Positions 22,101 to 29,400 of a stretch of 56,309 nt of DNA are shown here, piece by piece. Under the pieces are notes generated by a model, which ran no database searches, was not told where the DNA came from, and worked only from the letters and a program-made list of their open reading frames with translations. Source of the stretch: a virus (taxonomy: Duplodnaviria; Caudoviricetes); IMG/VR virus record IMGVR_UViG_3300031957_003334, positions 1 through 56,309 of that record. One strand, given 5' to 3'. Every line of letters begins with the position of its first letter. Position 1 is the stretch's first letter. The position numbers were made by a program, and so were the translations under genes.

Positions 22101-22674
22101 CGGAAGAAACTGTGGTGTCAGTAATCGCATCTTTTTTAAAGAAAAATTCAACAGTAGACCCGCTAGGACCGCCAAATTCTAAGTTGTTTGTCCTATCCTG
22201 AGCAACACTGTAAATGGTGCTTTTTTGAGGTCCGCCCTTAACGTTAATATACTCAGGATTAGAAGAAATGTCATACCCGTTTACTCCCGCAGTTATAGAT
22301 TCCGCCGCCGAGTTGGCTCCAATAGTAACAAATCCTGTAGATCCTGGGTATTGTTCGTCGAAAATGTATTTTTCAAACAAATTTAAATCATTATAAAATT
22401 TTTCTTTTTCGAATGCCGAGCCATCATAAGGGTAATATCCTTGGATGTATTCAAAAGAATCTTTATAATATTTTTCTGCTGATCCAAACTTAGCAAAATT
22501 TTCTGGCTTTGAATAATCGACAGAAGGGATGAAAGTTTCTCTCTTTTTAAAACTTTCAGAAAGATGCCCGGCTGATTCCATACCGGGACCTGGGCTCCCA
22601 ATGTCACTTTTCTTCAGATATTTACTAACAACAGTAGTTTGTTTGTTTTTCTCAAATAACCTTTTTATGGTCAT
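13144..22674 (-). CDS. Giant baseplate/tail protein (gp7/P2 gpI-like segment plus LamG/concanavalin A-like domains)
   Basis: 3176 aa. LamG signatures (STVEFFFK, WHHYAFAF, FYVDG, LDEFRFW, YYKFNEG), wedge-like IYNNLVYIYKSKGTEKAIRNFIRCLG, and a second LamG-like region (WNLALSV, VSSVRYW). Lies downstream of gp25/gp6-like genes. Confidence 0.65.
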   Translation of the reverse strand: MTIKRLFEKNKQTTVVSKYLKKSDIGSPGPGMESAGHLSESFKKRETFIPSVDYSKPENFAKFGSAEKYYKDSFEYIQGYYPYDGSAFEKEKFYNDLNLFEKYIFDEQYPGSTGFVTIGANSAAESITAGVNGYDISSNPEYINVKGGPQKSTIYSVAQDRTNNLEFGGPSGSTVEFFFKKDAITDTTVSSDRQVILDLWNGVTASSNSYGRFQIYISASNGGAQDRFYVTVQSGATAPAPYFSTPVPTTGGLDLSSGSWHHYAFAFDTSLKQPKLDFYVDGVCFQKDIVAGAEIGLVTGSLRANLGALVTSSTTYALADQFGAAADQVGQGKLSASLDEFRFWKTNRSAEDIGRYWFTHVNGGTNKYDANVALGLYYKFNEGITGTGSVDKVVLDYSGRISNGSFTGYSSTLTRNTSSAIDQMSLTSKFETKDPAVRQTIPYDTNKNSLISLGNYYDLNNSAGLINTFPKWIREQDNQNSQELGDLVQVISNYFDVLHAQISAVSKLRNNTYASGSQTGSLNEFPYNDRLIETLGTEAPELFENIGTLGQFIQRDEQINFDQALFSIKNSIYKNIYNNLVYIYKSKGTEKAIRNFIRCLGVGENIVAVNIYPNNEDFILRSNYLDGVSNKKYVDFSGLRNQQDAFGTVYQYYDSSRPQSSFGLISGSSPTGSHETTFNEFAFTLEGEVVFPDKSTKDTLSYTVPVVETSSLFGFHTPQYNSPKSTALQWATQYMDFGLRVQAIRSPSTYAEIFSPTSEVKDVYFAVLDRNNNVILTSSIFQNVYENEKWNLALSVRAPKYPFAQRVFGTDISDGSSIASSSYTVELCGYNYNTGLLRNSFTEQKQVSYISGSQYLNLAKRIYAGAERTDFTGSYLVTSDVRVSSVRYWTDYLPTGTVDLHAKETDSFGRLNPYRNAYKFQNNAPGVFVPEIQTLALNWDFNNVTGSDASGRFWVDDFSSGSNSTDYLSNYQGDNFSKLNLRQHTGRGDFFQPNSTTALKQYTYSQKLQVPEYGVSSDMVNIVVSDDEVFNRSQRPVSYFYAVEKSLYKNISERMLQLFASIEEMNNLIGEPVYKYRQDYKSLEKMREIFFRNSDTRIIDFEKYVNFYKWIDTSMSELIEQLFPASARFAKEVRTVVESHVLERPKVRFGYPGQFKRNVKSPTATIENNDGSVCPDVPGWKYNHAPLPNTAGIQSQSENCWWWRTKAKRNNINISSSVTGVNSDKTSILRAVKTLHTASNVYCFSGEFETPIVGGINQYLNKKRNVKDVIYTEFAFDQEACDDPLTPPELQKKSVSFKASDGYQNYKGQLLSPFTALSSSATVGNVNDYKAALVSHGITNVELTNLHEDSIHPVEHSVPMQGPFTQQHVGGIQARHANPMRKFISTFPRLESHTLALSTDQIALNRITTGITPKGNYLRGLASKSPVNIENIRTFTGSIQAWEGALPVGNFSENYEVIEGGDRTLANVDFIYQTSDYSLDQSSLPTTASAMPTIFVTPPSSRTLLTASPSGSGIFGAFIYSSPRQKTGRRITKSIIANQFASPGSKQDSSQQTRDIPTDQFSPNNALPFRNEAVRRVGNITNRTMGQSLGGGAGLQGYLKIYTGWGGFQQNLVNSTIGSSTTEFNFTSAVKGGNTLSWFNNGGYSLTFTPPISEPNIINASRGDGYYRFSAKFPMNGGGLAALHKTQRNTTLRRVIDVWQGTPASDPWLYKTGSVRDNGFVTRPIPAADNMLWLWSISGSNNPSYQEYILSGTMLPENLTVYTSSLGTSPGFPGSAFTGSAGSVRYLWARQPFYSVFSQLRSGEIKAARRLNKNLMYRLPLNPRRLRPDENPDNGGIVVVEGAKKSTYVNRVGGSVISRFANSYKETPITSRYKPMRSFIKTNPGTAAQTQYGRQDEVNVSVDYSYGNVLMGFANRPLNRHFKRWKWQHGEIKRPYEILRDHYVQNVLAVVDGVQTVQMNSYKETIYPREIYTYFSESRARQNFKINFWKDDVNINTSYATSLMAGFTSVTDLSSVGNQTIVSRNKNRWKSAFTTSQGYVLQNSEQQPYGSIVPTGAGTGSIWPLDSWLFSEFNNIDGTSLYLDLAGAAGGLPCGELLLTHYGTAYNTAAPLTSPQQVTRANTVSSQYVYTVPSRLINTGKSYDYSPAWHAPGGPISRPFWSAGRSRVGIYGNAVARQYPFYNSYEEYHKDTRLAGQEYTIVPEYRVSEHYPTYLSNRDPLNRVTSTLSITGSNHDNYNSSFDDFYERYVYTDHVENLEDFMDHGIDLLFNKYPKHLEISSDALIKFLPYDGFYPQDRSLQIATLFSSSYSPSSIFSGASGSSGMRWRTLLRPFFAPGIMYNSIKSGIAVDYPVLRDGNQSQTIYPIPATQPLSGIKSGSLSSAITAGNIPGNTRRPSATDAYAQWNFADNLTGSDLAAFWWSERFPFESILNPEEFLKRNNSADILLSDINEYLFNDVSGSTKEGSEDTLYRNAISNFLGATPKFFLKKKETANAEAGYMTKFVAKFGNPKDFTGTGDQLQGGINKVQVNENVAYMMEVGLQKTSNMNLYSNPYAFGVPTATGSTGTTFTGYSIATEAVSSNGQRPKEAEWPHHRGEFAPFTPPYYYGPSIARFTYIPEAGVTEVSLQEILDQSFVEFINESGSYYDFSSGSFWCPDEGAYVSTTGTPPYNWNRAWQNRMDIDRSIVIDNIFPTDNGTYVTLDPNKWVIMPKWECPILDHRNTSTTAAGKWNFSSSVEVGAFNSETFGMWHTSGQKPQDNEGIYLFLRDVSLKDLDYRLVGDPSAGPSSTGRYRFCSKVPKYVYDRLGDNPPIESLATLVGFDESEIMRGGWDPSRAKRLGELQDAGTNQKTFSEGIVAIPFYRDKDNIVRLMTLRGDYSILGPKVKEFRRSFTKYSFPPGLMERLKPMVPSGYPDVPNIINPFGPDTFDSISNAPPPEDQFAVPVIYLMEHTVNFSEQDLADIWQGIMPNSSTRVQKSMVAIDHYMPAEETEGIGANVFPEVLKAQEILGVDRTGVPRHDLLDTSFGSNGFQPKIRWMVFKVKERGVRSYTELIQNEVEGVSNLTFDALVRQAEARFGIRAEQTEEQRRTWEELKYQVDHAPGYNWPYDYCSLVELAKINTKVGFRPDMEKELQDGRPITTELPGQGFIFRPPTIDPSDVSNLSLQRSMPRPTL

Positions 22675-24179
22675 GGCTCTTCTTCACTTATCCTAAACTT
22701 GAAAATTTCTGGCTGTATGACGTATTGTCCGTTTAATTTGTACGCCACTTGAATCCCATATGAGTATCCCTTGTCTAGATATGAAGTATCTAGATCAAAA
22801 TAATTACCACTAACGTCATAAGACATAAGGGTTGAGTTCGTGCTCCCTGTACCAAAAGCAATCACGTCACTCTTGTCTATTGTCCTAAAAACTCGATAAT
22901 ACGCATTTTTTATAACCTCTGGCTTTACAGTGGCTACAGCGATATTGTATATATTTGGGTTCCAGTCATACGGTCGAACAAAAACACGAAGTCGAGGTTG
23001 CTGTCCTTGTGTGTATGTGGTATCTAAATTAGTTATAGCAGAAACTTTTCGGTCTTCGTAAATCACAGCCGAAGCCTTTACAACTTTCGGCTCATATGAC
23101 CCCGTAAAATATTGAACAGGAGAGGAAGAAAAATCAGGTCCTCCAGAGCCTGTGTACCACACATCATACAGTACATCTTGGGTGCCCGTGGAAGCAAAAG
23201 AGGCTGTGTAAATTCCTGCAACATCGTTACCTCCTTCGTGGAGGAGACTTGCTGTTACATACGTTACACTATTGTTATTTGAGTCCACCAGTAATGTAGG
23301 CGTGGCAGAGTTACTCAAAGCCGTATAGACTGCTACTCGGATGCGATTTCTCTTAATGTGTGGAATGTTTGTCAATTGTCCGTTGATAACATTGTAGAGG
23401 TACAGGGTGTTAAGGTTATCGGGTCCTGTTAACAAACTGCTGCTAACAAAAAACCTTCCTCTGTCATCCTGCCTACTACTATTCCACTCGGCTTGAATGT
23501 AAGGTCTTTTAAGAAAGTACTCACTTGTTCTTCCAAAGAATTTCTTAGTATAAAATGTCCCCAAGGCACCTGATATGGCTTGGTCACTGTTCTTAATTAA
23601 GAATCCGTAGTTGTTTACTCCACCGCCTCGCCAGCGATCCATAGCAAAACCAACATCAACTGTCAGGTCTTCTACGCCCCCTGAGAAAAAATAACTTGCT
23701 GATCTTGGGACATTTGTGAAATCTGTGTCTCTATAATAATCTCCGCCAGCGGTGGTCCAGCTTGTATTTACTTTTCGTTGCCCCCAGTTAGAAGCCCCGA
23801 TATCAGTATAATTATCCATATCAAGTCCACGACCCTCACTCCACTCTGTTTTGGCTATAGCAACGTCCAAACTGTAGCTCAAAGGGGTTGTTCCTGCGTG
23901 AGGGGCATTGAACATTTTCAATGTATATGTAACACTCGAAGAAGGAACGATACCATTAGAGATATCGCTGATTATTTTATCTACAGGAAATTGTATTAGG
24001 ACTCTAGATTGTTCTGCATTGGTCGCATTAATTGAAGCCGAGGTTTGACCGTGTATGACAAAAGCCTCTAGAATATCAGCAGCGCCCATATTAGAACCTG
24101 TACCACGGGTAATTAAATTGTTCTTATACGCATTGGTTATCGTATTGTCAATAGTAGCATAATATCTTTTTATAGCCAT
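22671..24179 (-). CDS. Baseplate-associated structural protein (DNRLRE/CBM96-like N-terminal domain)
   Basis: 502 aa. SRVLIQF, WSEG, SW..AGGD, NYGFLIK and RPYIQAEW motifs. Overlaps the start/stop codons of both neighbours. Confidence 0.5.
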   Translation of the reverse strand: MAIKRYYATIDNTITNAYKNNLITRGTGSNMGAADILEAFVIHGQTSASINATNAEQSRVLIQFPVDKIISDISNGIVPSSSVTYTLKMFNAPHAGTTPLSYSLDVAIAKTEWSEGRGLDMDNYTDIGASNWGQRKVNTSWTTAGGDYYRDTDFTNVPRSASYFFSGGVEDLTVDVGFAMDRWRGGGVNNYGFLIKNSDQAISGALGTFYTKKFFGRTSEYFLKRPYIQAEWNSSRQDDRGRFFVSSSLLTGPDNLNTLYLYNVINGQLTNIPHIKRNRIRVAVYTALSNSATPTLLVDSNNNSVTYVTASLLHEGGNDVAGIYTASFASTGTQDVLYDVWYTGSGGPDFSSSPVQYFTGSYEPKVVKASAVIYEDRKVSAITNLDTTYTQGQQPRLRVFVRPYDWNPNIYNIAVATVKPEVIKNAYYRVFRTIDKSDVIAFGTGSTNSTLMSYDVSGNYFDLDTSYLDKGYSYGIQVAYKLNGQYVIQPEIFKFRISEEEP

Positions 24180-25972
24180 TACTTCACAACTCCCTTGACA
24201 TCCACATCGGGTATCAATATTTCTGCAACTGAGTCATGCGGAATAACCACAAATCTTCCATCATCTGAGAGGTTGGAACGAACATCAAAAACATAGTCGC
24301 TATAGACTCCTCCAGATTTGTTTTCAAATTCAACGTTAGTGGTGTCTGTAACACCAGGGACGTCATTTAAGAGCTTGTAAATCTCTGATATATAAACTGG
24401 TTCTCCTATATCTCTTTTAACATTTAAATAATTGTTTTTGAGATATTCGACACAATCTTGCAAAACCTTATAACGATTAACATCTAAATCAGCGAGGATC
24501 TCAAAGTTAATCCCAAGATTAATAATCTTTGCATCTAGGATATCAATTGTATCATTTACCATACGGTATCGGTTGAGCCAAACTTTTAAGTTGTTACGCA
24601 AAGTATCATTAGGCGCAACAAAATTTCCTGACGTATTCTCGCACAAGGTATAGATATTCAAGTTTCTCTTGAAAGAACTAGGGTCTTGTATCACGTTTAC
24701 TCTTTTTAGTTTACCAAACTTTGATGGCATGCGATAACACAAGTTAATGTAATCGCTGCGAGTAACCGCCCTGTTCTGGGTAGCAAAAGTAGCATACGCT
24801 CGGGTCCTAATCTCGTCTCCTGTAAGCGTGCTACTATCTCCCAAGATGGGATTCTCGTTATCTACTTCCAGAGAGTCTTGCACTGTAGAAACTAATGTTG
24901 GGTCTAAGTTTCCTTGATTTTGAAAAGTAAAACGTGGAAAAGATGGAGTGACAACAGTTCCGACTGGAGCATTTACATTTTCAGAATCATTGGCAGTATA
25001 CTCAATGGTTAAGGTAGTGTTTACTGGTACAACACCAAACTTATCAGACGTTATTAAATTTGAAGGATCAAAAGTCTCGTCAGCAATATAAGATCGCCCA
25101 GTAGTTTTAAGAACCACGTCTGAAGGGTCAGCAATAATATCGCCAGTTAAATTATCCGCAGAGCCATAACCAAATTGCAAGGTTGTAGTTCCGTCTACGC
25201 CGTGTTCCACTGTAAACCTTCTGGGGACTGGCATTGCGGTCAAAACATACGGAGTCACACTCATATCAGAATTAAAGTTGGGCTGCTCTTTATAGACAAT
25301 ATCTTCAGTTAGATAGTTGACCTCGAAGTATTCGTTACCTTGAGAATCTTTAACAGATAATATTTCTGATATGTTTTCTGCTTCTATAAAAACTCGTCTA
25401 AATCTTTGATAATCTCCCACCGTGACATTGGTTTGAAATCTTCTCCCGGAAATGACTTTCCCATATGCCTTGACGGCAAAAGTTAGAGGAGCACCAGTTG
25501 TTGTATCGACAGTTGCTACTGTGACCTCGTTTGTGCTTTTTGCAAAGTCTACATTCTCTATCAGCGTATAGCTAGCACCTCCGTTAGAAGTCAGAATACT
25601 ACCCCTTTGCAAAATAGGAAAATAAGATAGATCAGGTCCACGAGATGTAGCATTAGCAGGAACTGTCACATAGAAAGAACAGATTCCTGTAGAAACTGCT
25701 GCGCCTGGGTTCTTGTATCCCAATTGTTGTGCAAGCCGAGAAATATTGGAGAATTCAATGGCACTATCTAAAAAACTTTCATTTGCTTGATAATCTGTAT
25801 AAAAAGACAACTGGTCGCCGACATACGCCACCATATCCAACATCAATGAACCAAAGGATGCTTCATTGAAGTCTTTAAACGTTGTTGGATAGTACCGCTT
25901 GGCGTAATTCACCAAGTCATTTTTAATAGTTTCGAAATCTCGACTAGTATAATTAATAGGTCTTTTGGTCAT
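24179..25972 (-). CDS. Baseplate wedge protein, T4 gp6 / baseplate J-like
   Basis: INYTSRDFETIKNDL...FKDFNEAS.GSLMLDMVAYVGD.LSFY.DYQANESFL and QNRAVT.SDY motifs. Adjacent to the gp25-like gene. Confidence 0.85.
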   Translation of the reverse strand: MTKRPINYTSRDFETIKNDLVNYAKRYYPTTFKDFNEASFGSLMLDMVAYVGDQLSFYTDYQANESFLDSAIEFSNISRLAQQLGYKNPGAAVSTGICSFYVTVPANATSRGPDLSYFPILQRGSILTSNGGASYTLIENVDFAKSTNEVTVATVDTTTGAPLTFAVKAYGKVISGRRFQTNVTVGDYQRFRRVFIEAENISEILSVKDSQGNEYFEVNYLTEDIVYKEQPNFNSDMSVTPYVLTAMPVPRRFTVEHGVDGTTTLQFGYGSADNLTGDIIADPSDVVLKTTGRSYIADETFDPSNLITSDKFGVVPVNTTLTIEYTANDSENVNAPVGTVVTPSFPRFTFQNQGNLDPTLVSTVQDSLEVDNENPILGDSSTLTGDEIRTRAYATFATQNRAVTRSDYINLCYRMPSKFGKLKRVNVIQDPSSFKRNLNIYTLCENTSGNFVAPNDTLRNNLKVWLNRYRMVNDTIDILDAKIINLGINFEILADLDVNRYKVLQDCVEYLKNNYLNVKRDIGEPVYISEIYKLLNDVPGVTDTTNVEFENKSGGVYSDYVFDVRSNLSDDGRFVVIPHDSVAEILIPDVDVKGVVK

Positions 25973-26001
25973 ATTTTAAAATTCCAACGAATTATTATTT
26001 G

Positions 26002-26008
26002 TAATTAG
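26002..26008 (-). promoter_or_regulatory. Putative late-promoter motif CTAATTA
   Basis: Overlaps the gp25-like stop codon, about 30 nt upstream of the gp6-like start. Confidence 0.35.
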
Positions 26009-26406
26009 TCCCCTGCGGAAGTAATTTGTAGGGTGTCTTGCAAGTTCAGGCTGCCTATGTTATACTCTATAGAAACCTTCACTTCGTTGGCGTCCAAAAG
26101 ATAGTCTGTTTCTGCGGTGCTGAACCTTACAGCCAGTATGTCAATAAATGGCATATATCTTTCTGTTTGCTCGTAAATTCTTGTCGTTATTTCCTGATAA
26201 GTCTTGCCTGCCATTGGTTCAAACAACATCTGATATAATCCAACCCCAAACTCCGGAAGCATAATCCTTTCGCCTGGTACAGTCAGAATAAGATTTCTAA
26301 AATTTTGCCTGACGTTTTCGCCGAGGGTTTTGTTTAGAGCATAGGGACCATCTTCATTACTATACGAAAGTGGTAATTTAACTGCTATTCCTTCCATTTT
26401 ACTCAT
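26005..26406 (-). CDS. Baseplate wedge subunit, GPW/gp25 family
   Basis: NFRNLILTVPGERIMLPEFGVGLYQMLFEP is the gp25 signature. SD AGGAG. Confidence 0.9.
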   Translation of the reverse strand: MSKMEGIAVKLPLSYSNEDGPYALNKTLGENVRQNFRNLILTVPGERIMLPEFGVGLYQMLFEPMAGKTYQEITTRIYEQTERYMPFIDILAVRFSTAETDYLLDANEVKVSIEYNIGSLNLQDTLQITSAGD

Positions 26407-26420
26407 ATTTTGTCTCCTAT

Positions 26421-29400
26421 TTATATATCACCAAAAGCTGCCTGTTGCTCTCTTATTGACTGAACTAGGTCCTCTATCTGTTGTACTTCTTTGTTCTCCT
26501 TTGCTACCGCCCGACGGAAATCGTCCGGAGTCCTTGGTTCATCCCCTGGTTCAACCCCTCTAGCCTCGGCGTTAGCGTCTGCCTCCGTATCAATAATAAC
26601 ATCGTAGGAATATTCCACAAAATTTTCCTGCGCTAATTTTCTTACACTCGTAGCATATTCTGCATATAACCTAAACTGAGTCATAAGATTTGTGTATAAA
26701 TCATTGATGGTGTTTTGAACTTCTTCAGGCTCGCCCAGTCTGGATATATTTCTTCCTGCTTTTACGGTATCACGCAAAATTCCAGAAGTCTGAAATTGGG
26801 TCAATTTCCTGTCGTTCCCGATTAGACCTAAAAATGCTGCTGGCTCCAGAACTGTATCTAACATATCTTCAATGTCTAATTTTATAATTCTCTTTGCATA
26901 ATTGTGCCACTGTTGTATAGCAACAATGTTCCCGTTGGTACCCTGACGGTCTTGATCTAGGACACCGCCGAGGGTGGGGATCCACCGGAGCCACTCCGCA
27001 GGATTAACAAGCCTATCAGCGATGCCGGCAGTTCTTGCTGCTTGATCGACCAAATTTTGTGCTTCCAGGGCTAATCGTGCTAGTTCGGGTCGCTGGGCAT
27101 TTATCTCGTCTAAAATTTCATCCATACGCTGTATGGCAGCATTTCCAGCAGCAGCCTCTTGTTGCTGTTCGGCAAGATAATTTTCTAGATCCTCCATAGT
27201 ATAAAAAGTTATACCCTGAATAAATACTGGGAAACCTTGGTATCCGACAGAATATACAGGTAACCGAGTAGGATTAACCGCAGACAAAAAAGAATCGTCA
27301 GCAATTGCTATCTTTGAATTTGTTTCGAATTTGTATTTTCGATACCTGTCCATTATGTTAGCAATTTTGTCGTACATAATAATTTGTAAAGCCGTAAACA
27401 AAGGAACTGGAAGGTAATATAACGCATCGTGAGAAAACCAGTTTTCTGGGGTGTGGTCAAAAATTGCTTGATTGTTTACAGGGTTTTCTCTCCACCCTGG
27501 ACCGAGAATATAATCTTTTTGCTCGTCGGTGGCTTCAACCATTTGTTGCGGAACTGGAAGACCTGCTGCTCCGTAAAGCCATCCGCCCATTCCACGATTG
27601 CCAACAATAGAAATCAAATCATCACCGCTATTCAGCATATTTTCTTTCAATTGCAGCAGCATAAGTTCTGCCATCTGTCTATATCCGTTCTCTATGTTTT
27701 CGAAAAAATTACTATTAATAGCACTATAAGGGGTAGTATCTTGTCTTCTTATTACAAGGGATATAGACTGGACAATTGTCTCCCGAAATTTATCCTCGGC
27801 ATTCATGTCGTTTGTGAATATTATTTTTTCGTTAGAAAATTGTCTCTGTTCATACTCTTGTGTGGAAACACGACCAAAGACTTTTTCTACTTTGTCTATG
27901 TTTTGTAGAAATACTCCATATAACTTTTTTTCTTCAAGCTCTTTTTTGATTTTTTCAAACATATAAGAGCCTATCGCCCGAACAGTGTCTGGAGTGTTCC
28001 AAAACAGATACATTCTCATCAAAGGAGCAACGTTCATAAAGAATTTAGCCACTCTTTTTTCAATAGAACCCAACAATGCCTTGGCAATTGCCTCCTCAGG
28101 AGTTGTAATACAATCATCGTCATTCGCTACAAAATAAGGTTGATAAAATGATCTAATAGTAGAAGGCAGACGAGTTCTGCCTATTGGAGAAAAGTAAAAA
28201 GTTGATATGTTCTCATAAAGAGTTTCGCTAGCATTGGCTGCCACTTTTATAGCATTCTGCGAAGCGTCCACATTGGACCAGTTAAAAGTTCTGAGAGTGG
28301 TATTAAAAAGTTCAGGGTACACTTCTGGCAAATTAACCCTAAGTTCTGGTTGAGGAATTAAAGAGTATCCTGGGGCATCTTGGCTTGGAAGGTTTGAAAT
28401 CTCCAGGGGTGCTTTGAGGATTGTTTCTGTTTCGCCATCTGGTAGCATAATCTCGTAATCATAATCTTGTTGGAAAAGATTTAATTTAATTCTTCCATCT
28501 ACTGGTGATGGCTGCCCTTCGGCAAACGGCGTCAGCATCAGTCGCACGCCAGCGCCTAATTCCACAAATGCATCACCGTCTGTTGCCGCAGTATTGCTTA
28601 AAAATGCACGATTCCCATTATTACCGCTAAATAACAGATTTTCTGGTATTGCTCTTCTAAACAGACCAAATTTATCTCTTTGGTCGAACAATTCACCCCC
28701 AAATGCTGATTGATAAAATGCTGGTGCTCGGGGTTGTGGAACTCGGTCATCGTCATTAAACATATCGGAAATAGAAGCAGCAGCAGCATTACTTAAATCA
28801 GCAATCCACCGAAGAATAGCATCATAAATTCCTGCGTTTGGAATGCTATCTAGAAAATCCTCAAGCTCAAGTTGAAAATTAAATTTTCCTTCCAACATAG
28901 AACAAAGACTAATGAGTTCTAGCCTTTTCGAGTTGACTGCCTCTTCCATTTGTTGCTGCTTTTGCACATCTGAAAGGTCAAACTCCCAGCGCAAATCGGG
29001 AGGCACAGCCTCCCTATCGTCACAATATGATTGAATCGCAGTTATGGGATCTTCTCCGTAGAGTGCCTCTCTTGCTCCCTCTGACAATTGGTTTCCTATT
29101 TCACCAAAGTAGTTTACTATATTATCCTTATCAAACCCCAACACAGCGTATCGAACATCTGGCTGATCATATGGTGGGTCTGCTCCTCTTCGAGGACTTA
29201 AAGATTCTTGATACATGCTAACAACTATTTTATCGTCCCACTCTATTTGTGGTCTTTCGTTGAATAGTGCCTGGGTATCTACCTCTCCCGCATTTATCAT
29301 TTCATCAATAGTGTTTATAAGAACTTCAGAGGCTGTACCATCAAGAAGTTTTCCTAATTCGGTGGGAGTAACAATAGTAGAAACGTCTCTGTGAAGTTGT

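Noticed and set aside
26418-26425. Exact T4 late promoter TATAAATA upstream of the gp25-like gene
   Set aside because: It is a single occurrence overlapping a stop codon in AT-rich sequence, and the other gaps show TA[ACT]TTA instead. It may be chance.
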